From an uncultured Acidobacteriaceae bacterium (GTDB lineage: Bacteria > Acidobacteriota > Terriglobia > Terriglobales > Acidobacteriaceae): 64,000 nucleotides of DNA. The notes beneath the pieces were generated by a model. The model made no database searches and was not told the origin of the DNA. It saw nothing but the letters and a program-made list of their open reading frames with translations. The position numbers were made by a program, and so were the translations under genes. The DNA is taken from assembly GCA_963833155.1 (NCBI GenBank), contig CAWHWY010000001.1, positions 51,328 to 115,327 on the forward strand, in the 5' to 3' direction. Positions 18,532 to 27,692 of the stretch are shown here, one piece after another (position 1 is the stretch's first letter; every line of letters starts with the position of its first letter).

Positions 18532-18666
18532 GCGGTGTATTCTATCCACGATCCACCATCCATTGACCACTGTCTTATGCGCAATGGCAGATTATGTCTC
18601 CAACGTAAGAACGCCGCCATCATCGCGGTGTATTCTATCCACTAGCCACTATCCACTATCCACTGC
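18532..18666 (+). repeat. Two ~42-bp direct repeats immediately upstream of the MacB-like permease
   Basis: The perfect 18-mer GCGGTGTATTCTATCCAC occurs at 18532-18549 and 18625-18642. Each copy is followed by CCAC(C/T)ATCCA(C/T)T-type motifs, and the second ends at the ATG. Confidence 0.7.
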
Positions 18667-18667
18667 T

Positions 18668-19927
18668 ATGCGGATGAACTTTGGCGAAAATGCGAAGATG
18701 GCGCTGCAGACGGTGCGCGAGCACAAGACGCGCTCCTTCCTCACCGTGCTGGGCGTGGTGATCGGCGTCGCTGCCATGATCTTCGTGGCTTCCATCCTGG
18801 TTGGCGTGGACAAGAACACCGCCGACTACCTCAACGACTGGGGCACCAACACGCTGTTCCTTTTCCGCTTCGATATCGGCTTTAGGACCTCACAGCTAAC
18901 GGCGGAGGAGCGCGCGCGCAAGCCGCTCACCCTGGACGATACCAACGCCATACTGGCAGAGTGTCCCAGCATTAAGAACGTTACGTCGGAGCTGATGCAG
19001 CGGCTTACCTTCGGCCCGGGGATGCGGACATTCAGCACGCGTTACGGCTCGCATGAGGTTCAGAACATTGACTTTTCCGGCGCGACGCCTTCCTGGCAGG
19101 AGGTCTACAACGGGCACGTTGCCCAGGGCAGGTTCTTTACTGACTTCGAAAACCTGCACAGCGCCGATGTCGCCATCATCGGCGCTGACATTAACAAAGC
19201 TTTCTTCCCGGCTAACGACGGCGTGGGGCAAACCATCCTGGTTGACGGCCTTCCCTATGCCGTTGTCGGGGTGATGCAGAAGCGTAAGAGCGCTGTCCTG
19301 AGCGGAGACTCTCCCGACAAGCTTATTCGCATTCCCTACAACACCTACCACAAGCATTACCCTGGCGATGACGAGAACTTCGTCGGCGCTGAGGCTTATC
19401 CCGGAAAGATGGCGGAGGCGGAGGATGAAATAACGGGACTGCTGCGCCGTAGGCGTCACGTAGCCTATGACAAGCCTGACAGCTTCGCCATTACCAGCGC
19501 CGCCGCTATCGCTGACACCTTCCGCCAAATCATGAGCACCGTCGCGCTGATGACGGTTGTTGTCAGCTCCATCGGCTTGCTGGTCGGTGGCGTCGGCGTG
19601 ATGAACATCATGCTAATGTCAGTAACCGAGCGTACCCATGAGATCGGAGTACGCAAAGCCATTGGCGCGCGGCGTGGGGATGTCATTCGCCAATTCCTTA
19701 CCGAGGCTGTTGTCCTAACCGGACTCGGCGGCATCGCCGGTGTACTCGTTGGCATTGCCGGAGCATCGTTGATAGGGTTGGCGTTCCCCTCGATGCCGAC
19801 GTCGGTACCGGTATGGGCCATCGTTATGGCGGTCGGGATGGCGGCCAGCGTCGGCCTATTCTTCGGCATGTATCCGGCGGTGAAAGCGGCGCGCCTCGAC
19901 CCGGTCGAAGCCCTTCGTTATGAATGA
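18668..19927 (+). CDS. MacB/FtsX-family ABC transporter permease (intact)
   Basis: MRMNFGENAKMALQTVREHKTRSFLTVLGVVIGVAAMIFV, a periplasmic core domain, and a C-terminal FtsX 3-TM bundle with TERTHEIGVRKAIGARRGDV. No ATPase gene is adjacent. Confidence 0.85.
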   Translation: MRMNFGENAKMALQTVREHKTRSFLTVLGVVIGVAAMIFVASILVGVDKNTADYLNDWGTNTLFLFRFDIGFRTSQLTAEERARKPLTLDDTNAILAECPSIKNVTSELMQRLTFGPGMRTFSTRYGSHEVQNIDFSGATPSWQEVYNGHVAQGRFFTDFENLHSADVAIIGADINKAFFPANDGVGQTILVDGLPYAVVGVMQKRKSAVLSGDSPDKLIRIPYNTYHKHYPGDDENFVGAEAYPGKMAEAEDEITGLLRRRRHVAYDKPDSFAITSAAAIADTFRQIMSTVALMTVVVSSIGLLVGGVGVMNIMLMSVTERTHEIGVRKAIGARRGDVIRQFLTEAVVLTGLGGIAGVLVGIAGASLIGLAFPSMPTSVPVWAIVMAVGMAASVGLFFGMYPAVKAARLDPVEALRYE

Positions 19928-20103
19928 GTTACCGCCGCCGCCATCTTTCCGAGCGAAGCAATCCAAACCGCTCGCGCCTGCGTACATTATTTGGAGCTAC
20001 CCAAGGCAACAACGTTACTCAGAGTTTGCTTCTGTTGTAACTTTTGCCCCGGCGATGACTCTAAGAATAAGAACGGCATCGGAGGCAATAACTCCGAACG
20101 AGG

Positions 20104-20799
20104 ATGGCTATGTCGAAGTTTCGTTGGTTTGTCATTCCATTGTTGCTGGTAATCTTTGCGGGATACATCGTTTCCCTCAATGCTGGCGATAAGAACGCTG
20201 TCGCCCTGCCCAACCCCGCGGTGGACGAAGCCCTGGCAGCGAAGAGCAGTAAGGAAACACTGATACTGGCGGGTGGCTGTTTCTGGGGAGTACAGGCAGT
20301 CTTTCAGCACGTTAAAGGCGTTATCAGCGCTACGTCAGGCTACTCGGGGGGAGCTTCCAACACCGCTGAGTATGAAGTCGTCAGCACCGGCAGGACTGGC
20401 CATGCTGAGTCTGTCAGGATCGTCTACGATCCCTCCAAGATCACGCACGGGCAGTTGCTGCAAGTGTTCTTCTCGGTAGCGCTTGATCCTACGCAGTTGA
20501 ACCGTCAAGGACCGGACGAAGGTACGCAGTATCGCTCGGCCATCTTCTACGGTAACGACGAACAGAAACGCATTGCCGAGGCGTATATCGCGCAACTCGA
20601 TCAGGCCAAGGTGTTTCCCCGCCCCATCGTTACCCAGGTCGTGGCGTTCAAGGCGTTCTATCCGGCGGAGGGGTATCACCAGGACTACGCCACGCTGCAT
20701 CCCGACAACCCTTACATCAGGTACAACGATTTGCCCAAGGTGGCGCATTTGCAACAGCAGTTCCCCAATCTTTACCAGGCGAACATTGCGGGCCACTGA
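20104..20799 (+). CDS. msrA: Peptide-methionine (S)-S-oxide reductase MsrA with N-terminal membrane anchor or signal
   Basis: GGCFWGVQAVFQHVKGV active-site motif, preceded by the hydrophobic MAMSKFRWFVIPLLLVIFAG. Confidence 0.9.
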   Translation: MAMSKFRWFVIPLLLVIFAGYIVSLNAGDKNAVALPNPAVDEALAAKSSKETLILAGGCFWGVQAVFQHVKGVISATSGYSGGASNTAEYEVVSTGRTGHAESVRIVYDPSKITHGQLLQVFFSVALDPTQLNRQGPDEGTQYRSAIFYGNDEQKRIAEAYIAQLDQAKVFPRPIVTQVVAFKAFYPAEGYHQDYATLHPDNPYIRYNDLPKVAHLQQQFPNLYQANIAGH

Positions 20800-20909
20800 A
20801 TTTAGCCTTTCGCTTATTCGCGTTTCGCTATTCGCAAGAGCGCAAGTAACAAGAAATAGCGAAAGCGAATGGCGAACAGCGAAGAGCGAACAACGAAGAG
20901 CGTTATTTT

Positions 20910-21464
20910 ATGAGCAACCGCAGAGATTTTCTGAAGACAACGTTTCTATCCCTATCAGGAGTGGCGATGATGAGCTTATTGAATCGTTCCGAAGCAACCG
21001 CCGAGCCGGCCACGCAGTACGTGGAGATCGTGGAATTCGACGACTCCGGCAAGAAAATCGGGGTGAAGCGCGTGGAGAAGGTGGTCAAGACCGACGCCGA
21101 ATGGCGAGCGAAGCTCACCCCCGAGCAGTTCGACGTGACGCGCAAACAGGGCACCGAGCGGGCCTTCACCGGCCAGTACTGGGACCTGCACGCCAAGGGG
21201 ATCTTCCGCTGCGTTTGCTGCAAGAATGCCCTGTTCACCTCGGCGACCAAGTTCGACTCCGGTACGGGCTGGCCGAGTTTCTGGGAGCCGATCGCCAAGC
21301 AGAACGTGAAGCAGAACACCGACCGCAGCCTGGGCATGGTCCGCAACGAGGTCGAGTGCACACAGTGCGACGCCCACCTGGGGCACGTCTTTGACGATGG
21401 CCCCAAGCCGACCGGCCTGCGCTACTGCATGAATTCGGCGTCGTTGTTGTTCGTAAAGAGCTAG
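20910..21464 (+). CDS. msrB: Peptide-methionine (R)-S-oxide reductase MsrB with Tat-type signal
   Basis: [20 protein letters not shown] twin-arginine leader. SelR domain with CxxC pairs ([22 protein letters not shown]) and catalytic RYCMNS. Confidence 0.9.
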   Translation: MSNRRDFLKTTFLSLSGVAMMSLLNRSEATAEPATQYVEIVEFDDSGKKIGVKRVEKVVKTDAEWRAKLTPEQFDVTRKQGTERAFTGQYWDLHAKGIFRCVCCKNALFTSATKFDSGTGWPSFWEPIAKQNVKQNTDRSLGMVRNEVECTQCDAHLGHVFDDGPKPTGLRYCMNSASLLFVKS

Positions 21465-21529
21465 CGCACCTCAGGCTTGCGGGTGGCCAGATTGGAAATG
21501 TCGGATAACTTCACTCAAGGGGGTCGACT

Positions 21530-22006
21530 ATGCAGCAGCCTATAACCAGAGTTAATCCTTCGGAAGAGACCATCGAGATTGGCCCGCTAGGGATCCGGTT
21601 CCTCCTCACGGGCGATGATTCCAACGGCACCGCGTCAGTGTTCGAGGTTATCGTTCCCGCCGGGCAGAAGCTGGTGGCGCCGGCCCACAAGAACGATGCC
21701 TACGAGGAGATCCTCTACGGTATCGATGGCGTCCTTACCTGGACGGTTGACGGCACGCCCATCGAGGTTGGTCCCGGGCAGGCGTTGTGCATCCCCCGAG
21801 GCGCCGTGCACCGCTTCGATAACCTCGGCAGCGCGGATGTGAAACAGCTCGCCGTCATAACCCCTGCGATAATGGGCCCCGCCTACTTCCGCGAGGCTGC
21901 CGAGGTAATCGGTGCAGCCGCCGGCGGCCCGCCCGACCGCGCGAAGATGATGGACGTCTTCCGGCGTCATGGCATGACTGCGGCCGCACCCCCGCCTGCG
22001 AAGTAG
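21530..22006 (+). CDS. Cupin-domain protein
   Basis: 158 aa. Beta-barrel motif ..ASVFEVIVPAGQKLVAPAHKNDAYEEILYGIDG..PRGAVHRFDN. Confidence 0.7.
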   Translation: MQQPITRVNPSEETIEIGPLGIRFLLTGDDSNGTASVFEVIVPAGQKLVAPAHKNDAYEEILYGIDGVLTWTVDGTPIEVGPGQALCIPRGAVHRFDNLGSADVKQLAVITPAIMGPAYFREAAEVIGAAAGGPPDRAKMMDVFRRHGMTAAAPPPAK

Positions 22007-22602
22007 CGGGCGGCTGGCGTGGTTTCGCCTCGCCGCAGCCCCGGGTGTGCGTTGCACTGATTAATCCTCTGGAGTTGAAATCAGCGGGCTGGGCCCCGTT
22101 GATTTACATGTAAAAGACTGACAATAAACCAGTTGCATGGAGGCGGCGGGAGTTGGAATTGCTGCTCCATTTTGCAAGGTGTCATTCGGAGCGAAGGCGG
22201 CCCGCTGTTGGCCGCCTGAGCCGAGAAATTTCTGTCGTACGGGCAACGCCTTTCCCAGTTCCCGGATTGGAGTGGTATAGCACTTAAATGGCGAAACTGG
22301 GGGCGAATAATCAGCACTATTAGTCCATAAGCTGGCAACCACTATTTGGCTACATCAACCGTCACAAGAAGTGCCCCGTAAGCGCTGCTCAGGAGCCCGT
22401 AGGACGCGTTTCGACTCTCGCGACGACCCAAAGTACCTCCAAATCGAGAAACGGCCTCCCAGGGCCGTTTAACGCGAGATTCTCGTTTCGAGAGTCGGCG
22501 TCATTCATTCCCGTTTTGGAATCGCCTCCATCTTGAACCACCGCGGCCAGCAAGGGGTTCCTGAATTGCCCCCGATACGTGATTGTAATGACGAGATAGC
22601 TT

Positions 22603-22851
22603 GGCTCTGTTGACATCCCGCTTTGCGGGAGTCACCGCTGTCAAGAAACTCTCTTGCCCGTTGTTTTGAAGGGGCGCGCCTTCAGGCGCGCCGTAGCCCG
22701 GCATAACCCCGCTGGCTTTAGCCACCGAGGGAACTCGCTTCTGGGCCTCCAAAAATCGAGTTCGCCGAGGGGCTGAAGCCCGGCTCAAGATCGCCCCAGA
22801 TCGGCGCGGCTGAAAGCCGCGCCCCCTTCAAAGCAGGATATCAACAGAGCC
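22603..22851. repeat. MITE-like unit: 16-bp inverted termini enclosing REP hairpins
   Basis: GGCTCTGTTGACATCC (22603-22618) versus GGATATCAACAGAGCC (22836-22851), matching at 15/16 as inverted repeats. The interior holds GGGGCGCGCC-TTCA-GGCGCGCC and GGCGCGGC-TGAAA-GCCGCGCC hairpins and no credible ORF. Confidence 0.5.
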
Positions 22852-23155
22852 AGACGGCCTCACAGCTTGCGCTGAAAGCAGGGCAAAAACTCTCCCTGTG
22901 CGAGTTCCTTGAGCAACTCTTCGCGGTTTGGAGTGTTTTTTGCCAAAGTGCACAATATTTGACAGACGTGCTACCGCGGGTCGTGCTATGGTGGTTGCAC
23001 TGGGTTTCCAAAACCACCACTTAAGAGATCCTATAGCAGTTGGGCTTCAAAAGCGGCACCTCAAGTATCGTGTCGGCTCTCGGCAGCCAAAACGGAAATT
23101 CCCGAGAGCCCGAATGGAAACCACACCTAACTGAGTACGAAAGGAAAAACAGCAT

Positions 23156-23482
23156 ATGCAAGCATGCTCAAAAATCGCCGTCAACAATATGGGCGGGTAC
23201 GTCTTCAACTTCACCGTTCAATGGCTGGACCCCTCCACTGGCGACTGGGTCACCGTGAAGTGGAATAGCGGCAATTACCCGATTGACCAAAGCCAGACCT
23301 CTCCGGAATTGGGAACGCTCGGTGTAGCCTCGGGCGCGATAGTCACCCCCTATGGCCATGCTGTTTTGGGAACTAGCGGTCAAGGAAAGCCGTTTTGTAC
23401 CTACACACCAGGTGCGGCCACCGCGTCCTATAATGCGAAGGGTACAACTTATGTAGGCTTCGAGATCGTGTTAGTGCAGTAG
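23156..23482 (+). CDS. Small hypothetical protein (108 aa), beta-rich
   Basis: ATG follows GAAAGGAAAAACAGCAT. Non-repetitive sequence (..FNFTVQWLDPSTGDWVTVKWNSGNYPID..). I recognise no family. Confidence 0.5.
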   Translation: MQACSKIAVNNMGGYVFNFTVQWLDPSTGDWVTVKWNSGNYPIDQSQTSPELGTLGVASGAIVTPYGHAVLGTSGQGKPFCTYTPGAATASYNAKGTTYVGFEIVLVQ

Positions 23483-23570
23483 CCTGCATTAGCGATCCAT
23501 TCGCCGGCGGCGCTTTCGTGGGCGCCGCGTGGACACCCAACCGACCATCGCACATTGCTAAATGAAAACT

Positions 23571-23614
23571 GGGTCTCCCGCTCTAGCCTTCTCTTCTGGC
23601 TAGAGCGCGGACCC
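23571..23614 (+). other. Strong 44-nt interrupted hairpin in the convergent intergenic region
   Basis: GGGTC-TCC-CGCTCTAGCC / TTCTCTTCT / GGCTAGAGCG-CG-GACCC (5+10 bp stem). No U-tract follows, so it is not a classic terminator. Confidence 0.5.
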
Positions 23615-23794
23615 ACGTTCTCTCAGCGCCAGTCTTCCAGTCTGCCGGTTTTATCTTATTTACTGTAAAATTATCATAATGTTTACTGCTAAATTACTAG
23701 ATTATTTCTCATAGCTTGCTTTATTTCGGGGCACGGCTCCACTATCCACTGCCTTTAGGTCCTTCACCAGCCGCTGAAACGCCCTTGAACCGGA

Positions 23795-24358
23795 TCACAG
23801 TTTCGGCTGGGGAGGCTTCTCGCGCGCGCCTTCGTCGGTGCGCAGCGCCCGGATGACGTTCTCCACCTGCGCCTCGAACTTATGCGGATCCTGCCTCCAG
23901 CCGGTAAAGTCGGCGGCCAGGCGCTGGCGGACGGGCTTCGCCTTCCCGCTTTCCCACTTAAACAGGTGGCCGTCAAGGTCCAACGGAATCAGGGCCAGCA
24001 CCTTCTGTTTGCGCTCTTTCATCAGCAGGCGTTCTTTTTCGAAGGCGGCATCAATTTCGTTGTCCACCCACCAGCTCGCCAGCGAGTGCTGGGAGCAGCA
24101 GAGCAGGACCTTGTCCCACATCCGGATGCCGCGGTCCACCTGCTCGTAGATGTCGTCGCCGGGCAGCATCTGCTTTTCGTCCAGCCAGCAGCGTATGCCG
24201 CGGCCTTGCAGCGTATCGTGCAGGCGGCCGGCAAACAGCTTGTCCTCGTGACTGTAGCTGATGAAGCAGGAGTAGAAGTCGATGGGGCTGACCACCAGCG
24301 AGCGCATGTATTCGATGAAGTTCTCGGGCACGCCGCAACCGCGCAGCGGACTCGCCAT
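23795..24358 (-). CDS. Stand-alone TIR-domain protein
   Basis: 187 aa. [43 protein letters not shown]..., a [10 protein letters not shown] segment with a candidate catalytic Glu, and no additional domain. Confidence 0.8.
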   Translation of the reverse strand: MASPLRGCGVPENFIEYMRSLVVSPIDFYSCFISYSHEDKLFAGRLHDTLQGRGIRCWLDEKQMLPGDDIYEQVDRGIRMWDKVLLCCSQHSLASWWVDNEIDAAFEKERLLMKERKQKVLALIPLDLDGHLFKWESGKAKPVRQRLAADFTGWRQDPHKFEAQVENVIRALRTDEGAREKPPQPKL

Positions 24359-24361
24359 CGC

Positions 24362-25042
24362 GCCAGTCCCGCCCTGCGGGACGAAATAAGAAAGCCCACC
24401 GCTTCAGCGGTGGGTGAGGGTGATTAGCGACTCCGAGTGCCTCGGGCACGGCACAATCAGCCCAAGATGAATCGAGGATCGTACTCAATCCCCGATTTCC
24501 GCAACATCGCTACGAATTCTTGCTCAAAGCTGCGTTTCTGGTGATGACGCGGCTGCTCGGCAATGTATTCCATCACCGCTCGTTTGTTCGAGGCGCTGAC
24601 GCTGAAAGCGCCATATCCCTCCTGCCAAGCGAACGCGGACCCGTGCTGGTTCAGCCAACGGGAACTGTTGCCCTTCAACTCCTGGATCGCCTTCGCCAGC
24701 GGCATGGCGGCGGGCAGTGCAATCAGCAAGTGAAGGTGGTTGTTGGTTCCACCGGCCATCAGCAGTGGGATATTCTTTTCACGCGCCACGCCTCCGAGAT
24801 AGCGTCCAAGCGCCTGTGGATCAGGGATTGAGTTGGCGCGATCTTTGGTGCTGAAAACGCAATGCAGGAGATTCGAGGTCAGGGCATGTGGCATTGCACT
24901 AGGCTAAAGGCCTCGCAGGTCGGATTCGGTGATGCACGGCACAGACCCTTGTGTCGTCCCCGGGGGACTCGGATTCCACCTCCACGCGACCCACCGCTGA
25001 AGCGGTGGGCTTTCTTATTTCGTCCCGCAAAGCGGGACTCGT
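24362..25042 (-). mobile_element. IS200-like unit: Y1 transposase flanked by inverted composite REP hairpins
   Basis: 24362-24456 is the reverse complement of the 24934-25042 pattern (..CCCACCGCTGAAGCGGTGGGCTTTCTTATTTCGTCCCGCA(A/G)(A/G)GCGGGACT..). The total of about 680 bp is close to IS200 size. The same hairpin module recurs at about 27066-27205 and in related form at about 27553-27662. Confidence 0.6.
24457..24894 (-). CDS. tnpA: IS200/IS605-family Y1 (HUH) transposase / RAYT
   Basis: 145 aa. LLHCVFSTKDR, HUH motif NNHLHLLIA, and ..AVMEYIAEQPRHH with the catalytic Tyr. Confidence 0.85.
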   Translation of the reverse strand: MPHALTSNLLHCVFSTKDRANSIPDPQALGRYLGGVAREKNIPLLMAGGTNNHLHLLIALPAAMPLAKAIQELKGNSSRWLNQHGSAFAWQEGYGAFSVSASNKRAVMEYIAEQPRHHQKRSFEQEFVAMLRKSGIEYDPRFILG

Positions 25043-25510
25043 GCCCGGCGCCTCGAACGCCCGATGCGGGCCGACTCTTCCCAATTACACCCCTTGCTTG
25101 AGGATTTCGAGATGTTCAGGGTTCGCCATGGCCGCGTGACCTCGCTTGCTTCCGCGAGGCTAAGGATGATCTTGACTGCCTGCTTCGAAGGCCACACTGT
25201 ATGCGACCCTCCCCGTCCAGTCAACGCGCAAAGCTAAGCAGCGCTTCTGGGGAGGGCAGCACGTCTTCGAGGGTCTCGCTTGAGAGACGAAATAAGTTGC
25301 TTTACAAGGGGGGCGGAAGCATAATCGCTAACGGCTGGGACGAGGTGGAAGTCCCGGATAAATTCAGCGCCAGTGCCCCTTTCCCTCAACCCGAGACGAG
25401 GACTGTTAGTGCGATGCGTACAAGCAGACCCCTCAATCCCGGCGCGGGGAATAGGAGGAGCCTTCACCTGTAGTGCTGCGACCTCGATCGGCGTCCTGCG
25501 CCGGTTGAGA

Positions 25511-26116
25511 ATGCTCACGTGCATTGCAGTTGTTCTAGTTCTTTCAGCGCCGCGTGGTATGGCGCAAGTGAACGTGACAGCTGGTACCACGGAAAGAAAC
25601 GCGCTGATCCTGGCCCCCTCTTTGATTTTCGAGAAGCTCCAGGACGAATCTCCGCTCGACCCGGCTAAGTTTGGCGCCGCGGCGCTGGAGAAACGGTTGT
25701 CTGCAGCGGCGAACGAGTGTCTTCTTTCCAAGGGATTCAATATCCTCGCAGCAACCAACTTTCCCCCGGAGGTGGCCACATTGATCGGAAAACTGCAACC
25801 GATGGCTGGCCGGGCTGCCCGGGGCTCCTTAACGGCGGGCTCGCGGGCGGCATTGGCCGATCTTGCAAGCGGGCTGGGTCCGGCCCTCATACTTGCGCAG
25901 TACCTTAGGGTGCGCGTGGGTGGAAAGTGGTCGTGGGATCCGCTATATGGGGACATACGCTCCAGTCAGATGGAGACTCTGCTGGCGGCGGCGTTGATCG
26001 ATCCCGCCAATGGGACAGTCGTCTGGAAAAACGAAATACTGGCCCGAAAGGTCCTTTCACCAGACTCGAAGGATCTGAAGGATGCTCTGAGCGCCCTGTA
26101 CGCGACGGTTAAGTGA
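25511..26116 (+). CDS. Secreted hypothetical protein
   Basis: MLTCIAVVLVLSAPRGMAQV signal peptide. The ORF on the opposite strand (25234-25956) has Arg/Ala/Pro shadow composition. Confidence 0.5.
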   Translation: MLTCIAVVLVLSAPRGMAQVNVTAGTTERNALILAPSLIFEKLQDESPLDPAKFGAAALEKRLSAAANECLLSKGFNILAATNFPPEVATLIGKLQPMAGRAARGSLTAGSRAALADLASGLGPALILAQYLRVRVGGKWSWDPLYGDIRSSQMETLLAAALIDPANGTVVWKNEILARKVLSPDSKDLKDALSALYATVK

Positions 26117-26138
26117 GAGGCCAGTTTTTTGAGGAGAG

Positions 26139-26840
26139 ATGATGCGAGTACCCCCAAATCTATATGCTCTGGCTTTTGCGGTCACGATATCCTTCGCCTC
26201 GGTGTGCGCGGCCAAGACGAAAGAGCCGGTTTTCGTTGATCCGGGATTCCGGTTCGAAGACGTCGATACCATTTATGTTTTGCCAACGGTCGATCTCATG
26301 ACCCAGAGGGATCAGAACGCCGAGAAATCCTTGCTACAAGTCGATTGGATGGGTCGCTACTATCTCAAGCATGAGGGCTACGGAATAGCGCCAGAGGGAG
26401 ACTTCGGAAACCAAAACCGAGGGGAGATGTTTGTCTATAAAGAGTTCTATGATTTTGAGAAGCGGCGCGAGAATGAAGCTAAGGGCAAGGGGCCGGCCCC
26501 TCCCGCCCGTATGGAAGTCACTGAAGACGATCTGAAGGAGCCGGAGGAAGCATGGATTCGAAAGCTGGGCCCGGACGATGCCCGATGGGTACTGATCCTT
26601 GCCCTAGAGGATGCGGAATCTCATCTGACCTTCGGGGCTACGGGCAGCGCGATCGTGATGGGCACGCTGTTTGACAGGCAGAATGGGAAGCTCGTCTGGC
26701 GTGCCATTGGCACGGGAAGGGCAGGACAAGGGGGGCTCATCGGCATGGGCATGAAGTCCGCATCCGAGAAAACTGCCATTCAAGACGCTGTAAAAGAACT
26801 TTGTTCCATGGTACCCAAGCGGGGCGGCAAGAAGAAGTAG
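26139..26840 (+). CDS. Secreted or lipoprotein-like hypothetical protein
   Basis: MMRVPPNLYALAFAVTISFASVCAAK signal. The C-terminal segment ..FDRQNGKLVWRAIGTG.. resembles ..IDPANGTVVWKNEI.. of the upstream gene, suggesting distant paralogy. Confidence 0.55.
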   Translation: MMRVPPNLYALAFAVTISFASVCAAKTKEPVFVDPGFRFEDVDTIYVLPTVDLMTQRDQNAEKSLLQVDWMGRYYLKHEGYGIAPEGDFGNQNRGEMFVYKEFYDFEKRRENEAKGKGPAPPARMEVTEDDLKEPEEAWIRKLGPDDARWVLILALEDAESHLTFGATGSAIVMGTLFDRQNGKLVWRAIGTGRAGQGGLIGMGMKSASEKTAIQDAVKELCSMVPKRGGKKK

Positions 26841-26907
26841 CGTTTCAAAATGGGTAAGCCTTGAGACGAAACACGAGCCGCAGGAAATCAAGGGGCGGGC
26901 GCCTACC

Positions 26908-27002
26908 CTTGTCCGCCGCCTTTGCGGACAGGGTGGGGAGACTGCCACACTCTATGCGACCCTCCCCGCCATAGTCAACGCACAAACGTCCCAGCGATTT
27001 GG
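26908..27002. repeat. ~95-bp intergenic repeat, copy A
   Basis: CTTGTCCGCC-N-GGCGGACAGGG hairpin plus CACTCTATGCGACCCT(C/A)CCCGCCATAGTCAACGCACAAACGTC. Copy B is at 27291-27386. A partial third copy is at 25192-25250. Confidence 0.8.
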
Positions 27003-27290
27003 GGCAGAATCAATCTATTCATGGACAGGGCGTGAAAGCCGGGCTCGCCAGCGTGGTTAGACGATCCGAGTGCCTCGGGCACGGCACAAGACGGCGCGTC
27101 AACAAAATGTTCTGCCGTCCCCGAGGGACTCGGATTCCTTCTCCCCGCCTACCCACCGTTGAAACGGTGGGCTATCATCTTCCGCCCGCCGCGGCGGGCT
27201 CGGGTTACGGCAATTCATCCCGTCAGGCGAAGTCCCACAACGTGGGAGGTTCGCGGGGCCCCACCCCCTCGGCTACGCTCGGGGCAGGCT

Positions 27291-27386
27291 CTTGTCCGCC
27301 GTCTTTGGCGGACAGGGCGGGGAGATTGTCGCACTCTATGCGACCCTACCCGCCATAGTCAACGCACAAACGTCGCAGCGCTTTGG
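27291..27386. repeat. ~95-bp intergenic repeat, copy B
   Basis: See 26908-27002. The two copies are direct, 383 bp apart, and bracket a REP module. Confidence 0.8.
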
Positions 27387-27692
27387 ATCAGAATCGTCTC
27401 ACCGTTCGGAGCAGAATCAGTTTGGTGGCCGAGACGCCAGAGCGCCGCAGGCGCGGAATTGCAGTTAGCCCAGGGTGGAACCGGGGTCCCCGACTCGTGC
27501 CGCTTTTGCGCGAGTTGGGGTGGTGGAACCCTGGGTAGGATGGATTTATGAACCCCGAGCCGGCTTCAGCCGGCGACACAAGAAGAATGTGTGCCGCCCC
27601 TACGGGGCTCGGATCAATTTTTCCACTTACCCAGCACTCCGCCTGCGGCTCCGTGCTGGGGGCCCGCTTCGTCGTATGCGATCCCAGAGCGC

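Noticed and set aside
22380-22500. Possible ncRNA or terminator: nested inverted repeats (CGACTCTCG...CGAGAGTCG enclosing AAACGGCC-TCCCA-GGGCCGTTT)
   Set aside because: The structure is real in the sequence, but I cannot assign it to any known RNA family or to a flanking gene by eye. It is left unannotated.
23795-24358. Calling the TIR protein a Thoeris ThsB
   Set aside because: No ThsA-like (SIR2/SLOG/Macro) gene or any other known partner lies within the window. Only the domain call is supported.
25234-25956. 240-aa minus-strand ORF
   Set aside because: It is Arg/Ala/Ser/Pro-rich and overlaps the plus-strand ORF, which has a proper signal peptide. The plus strand is preferred.
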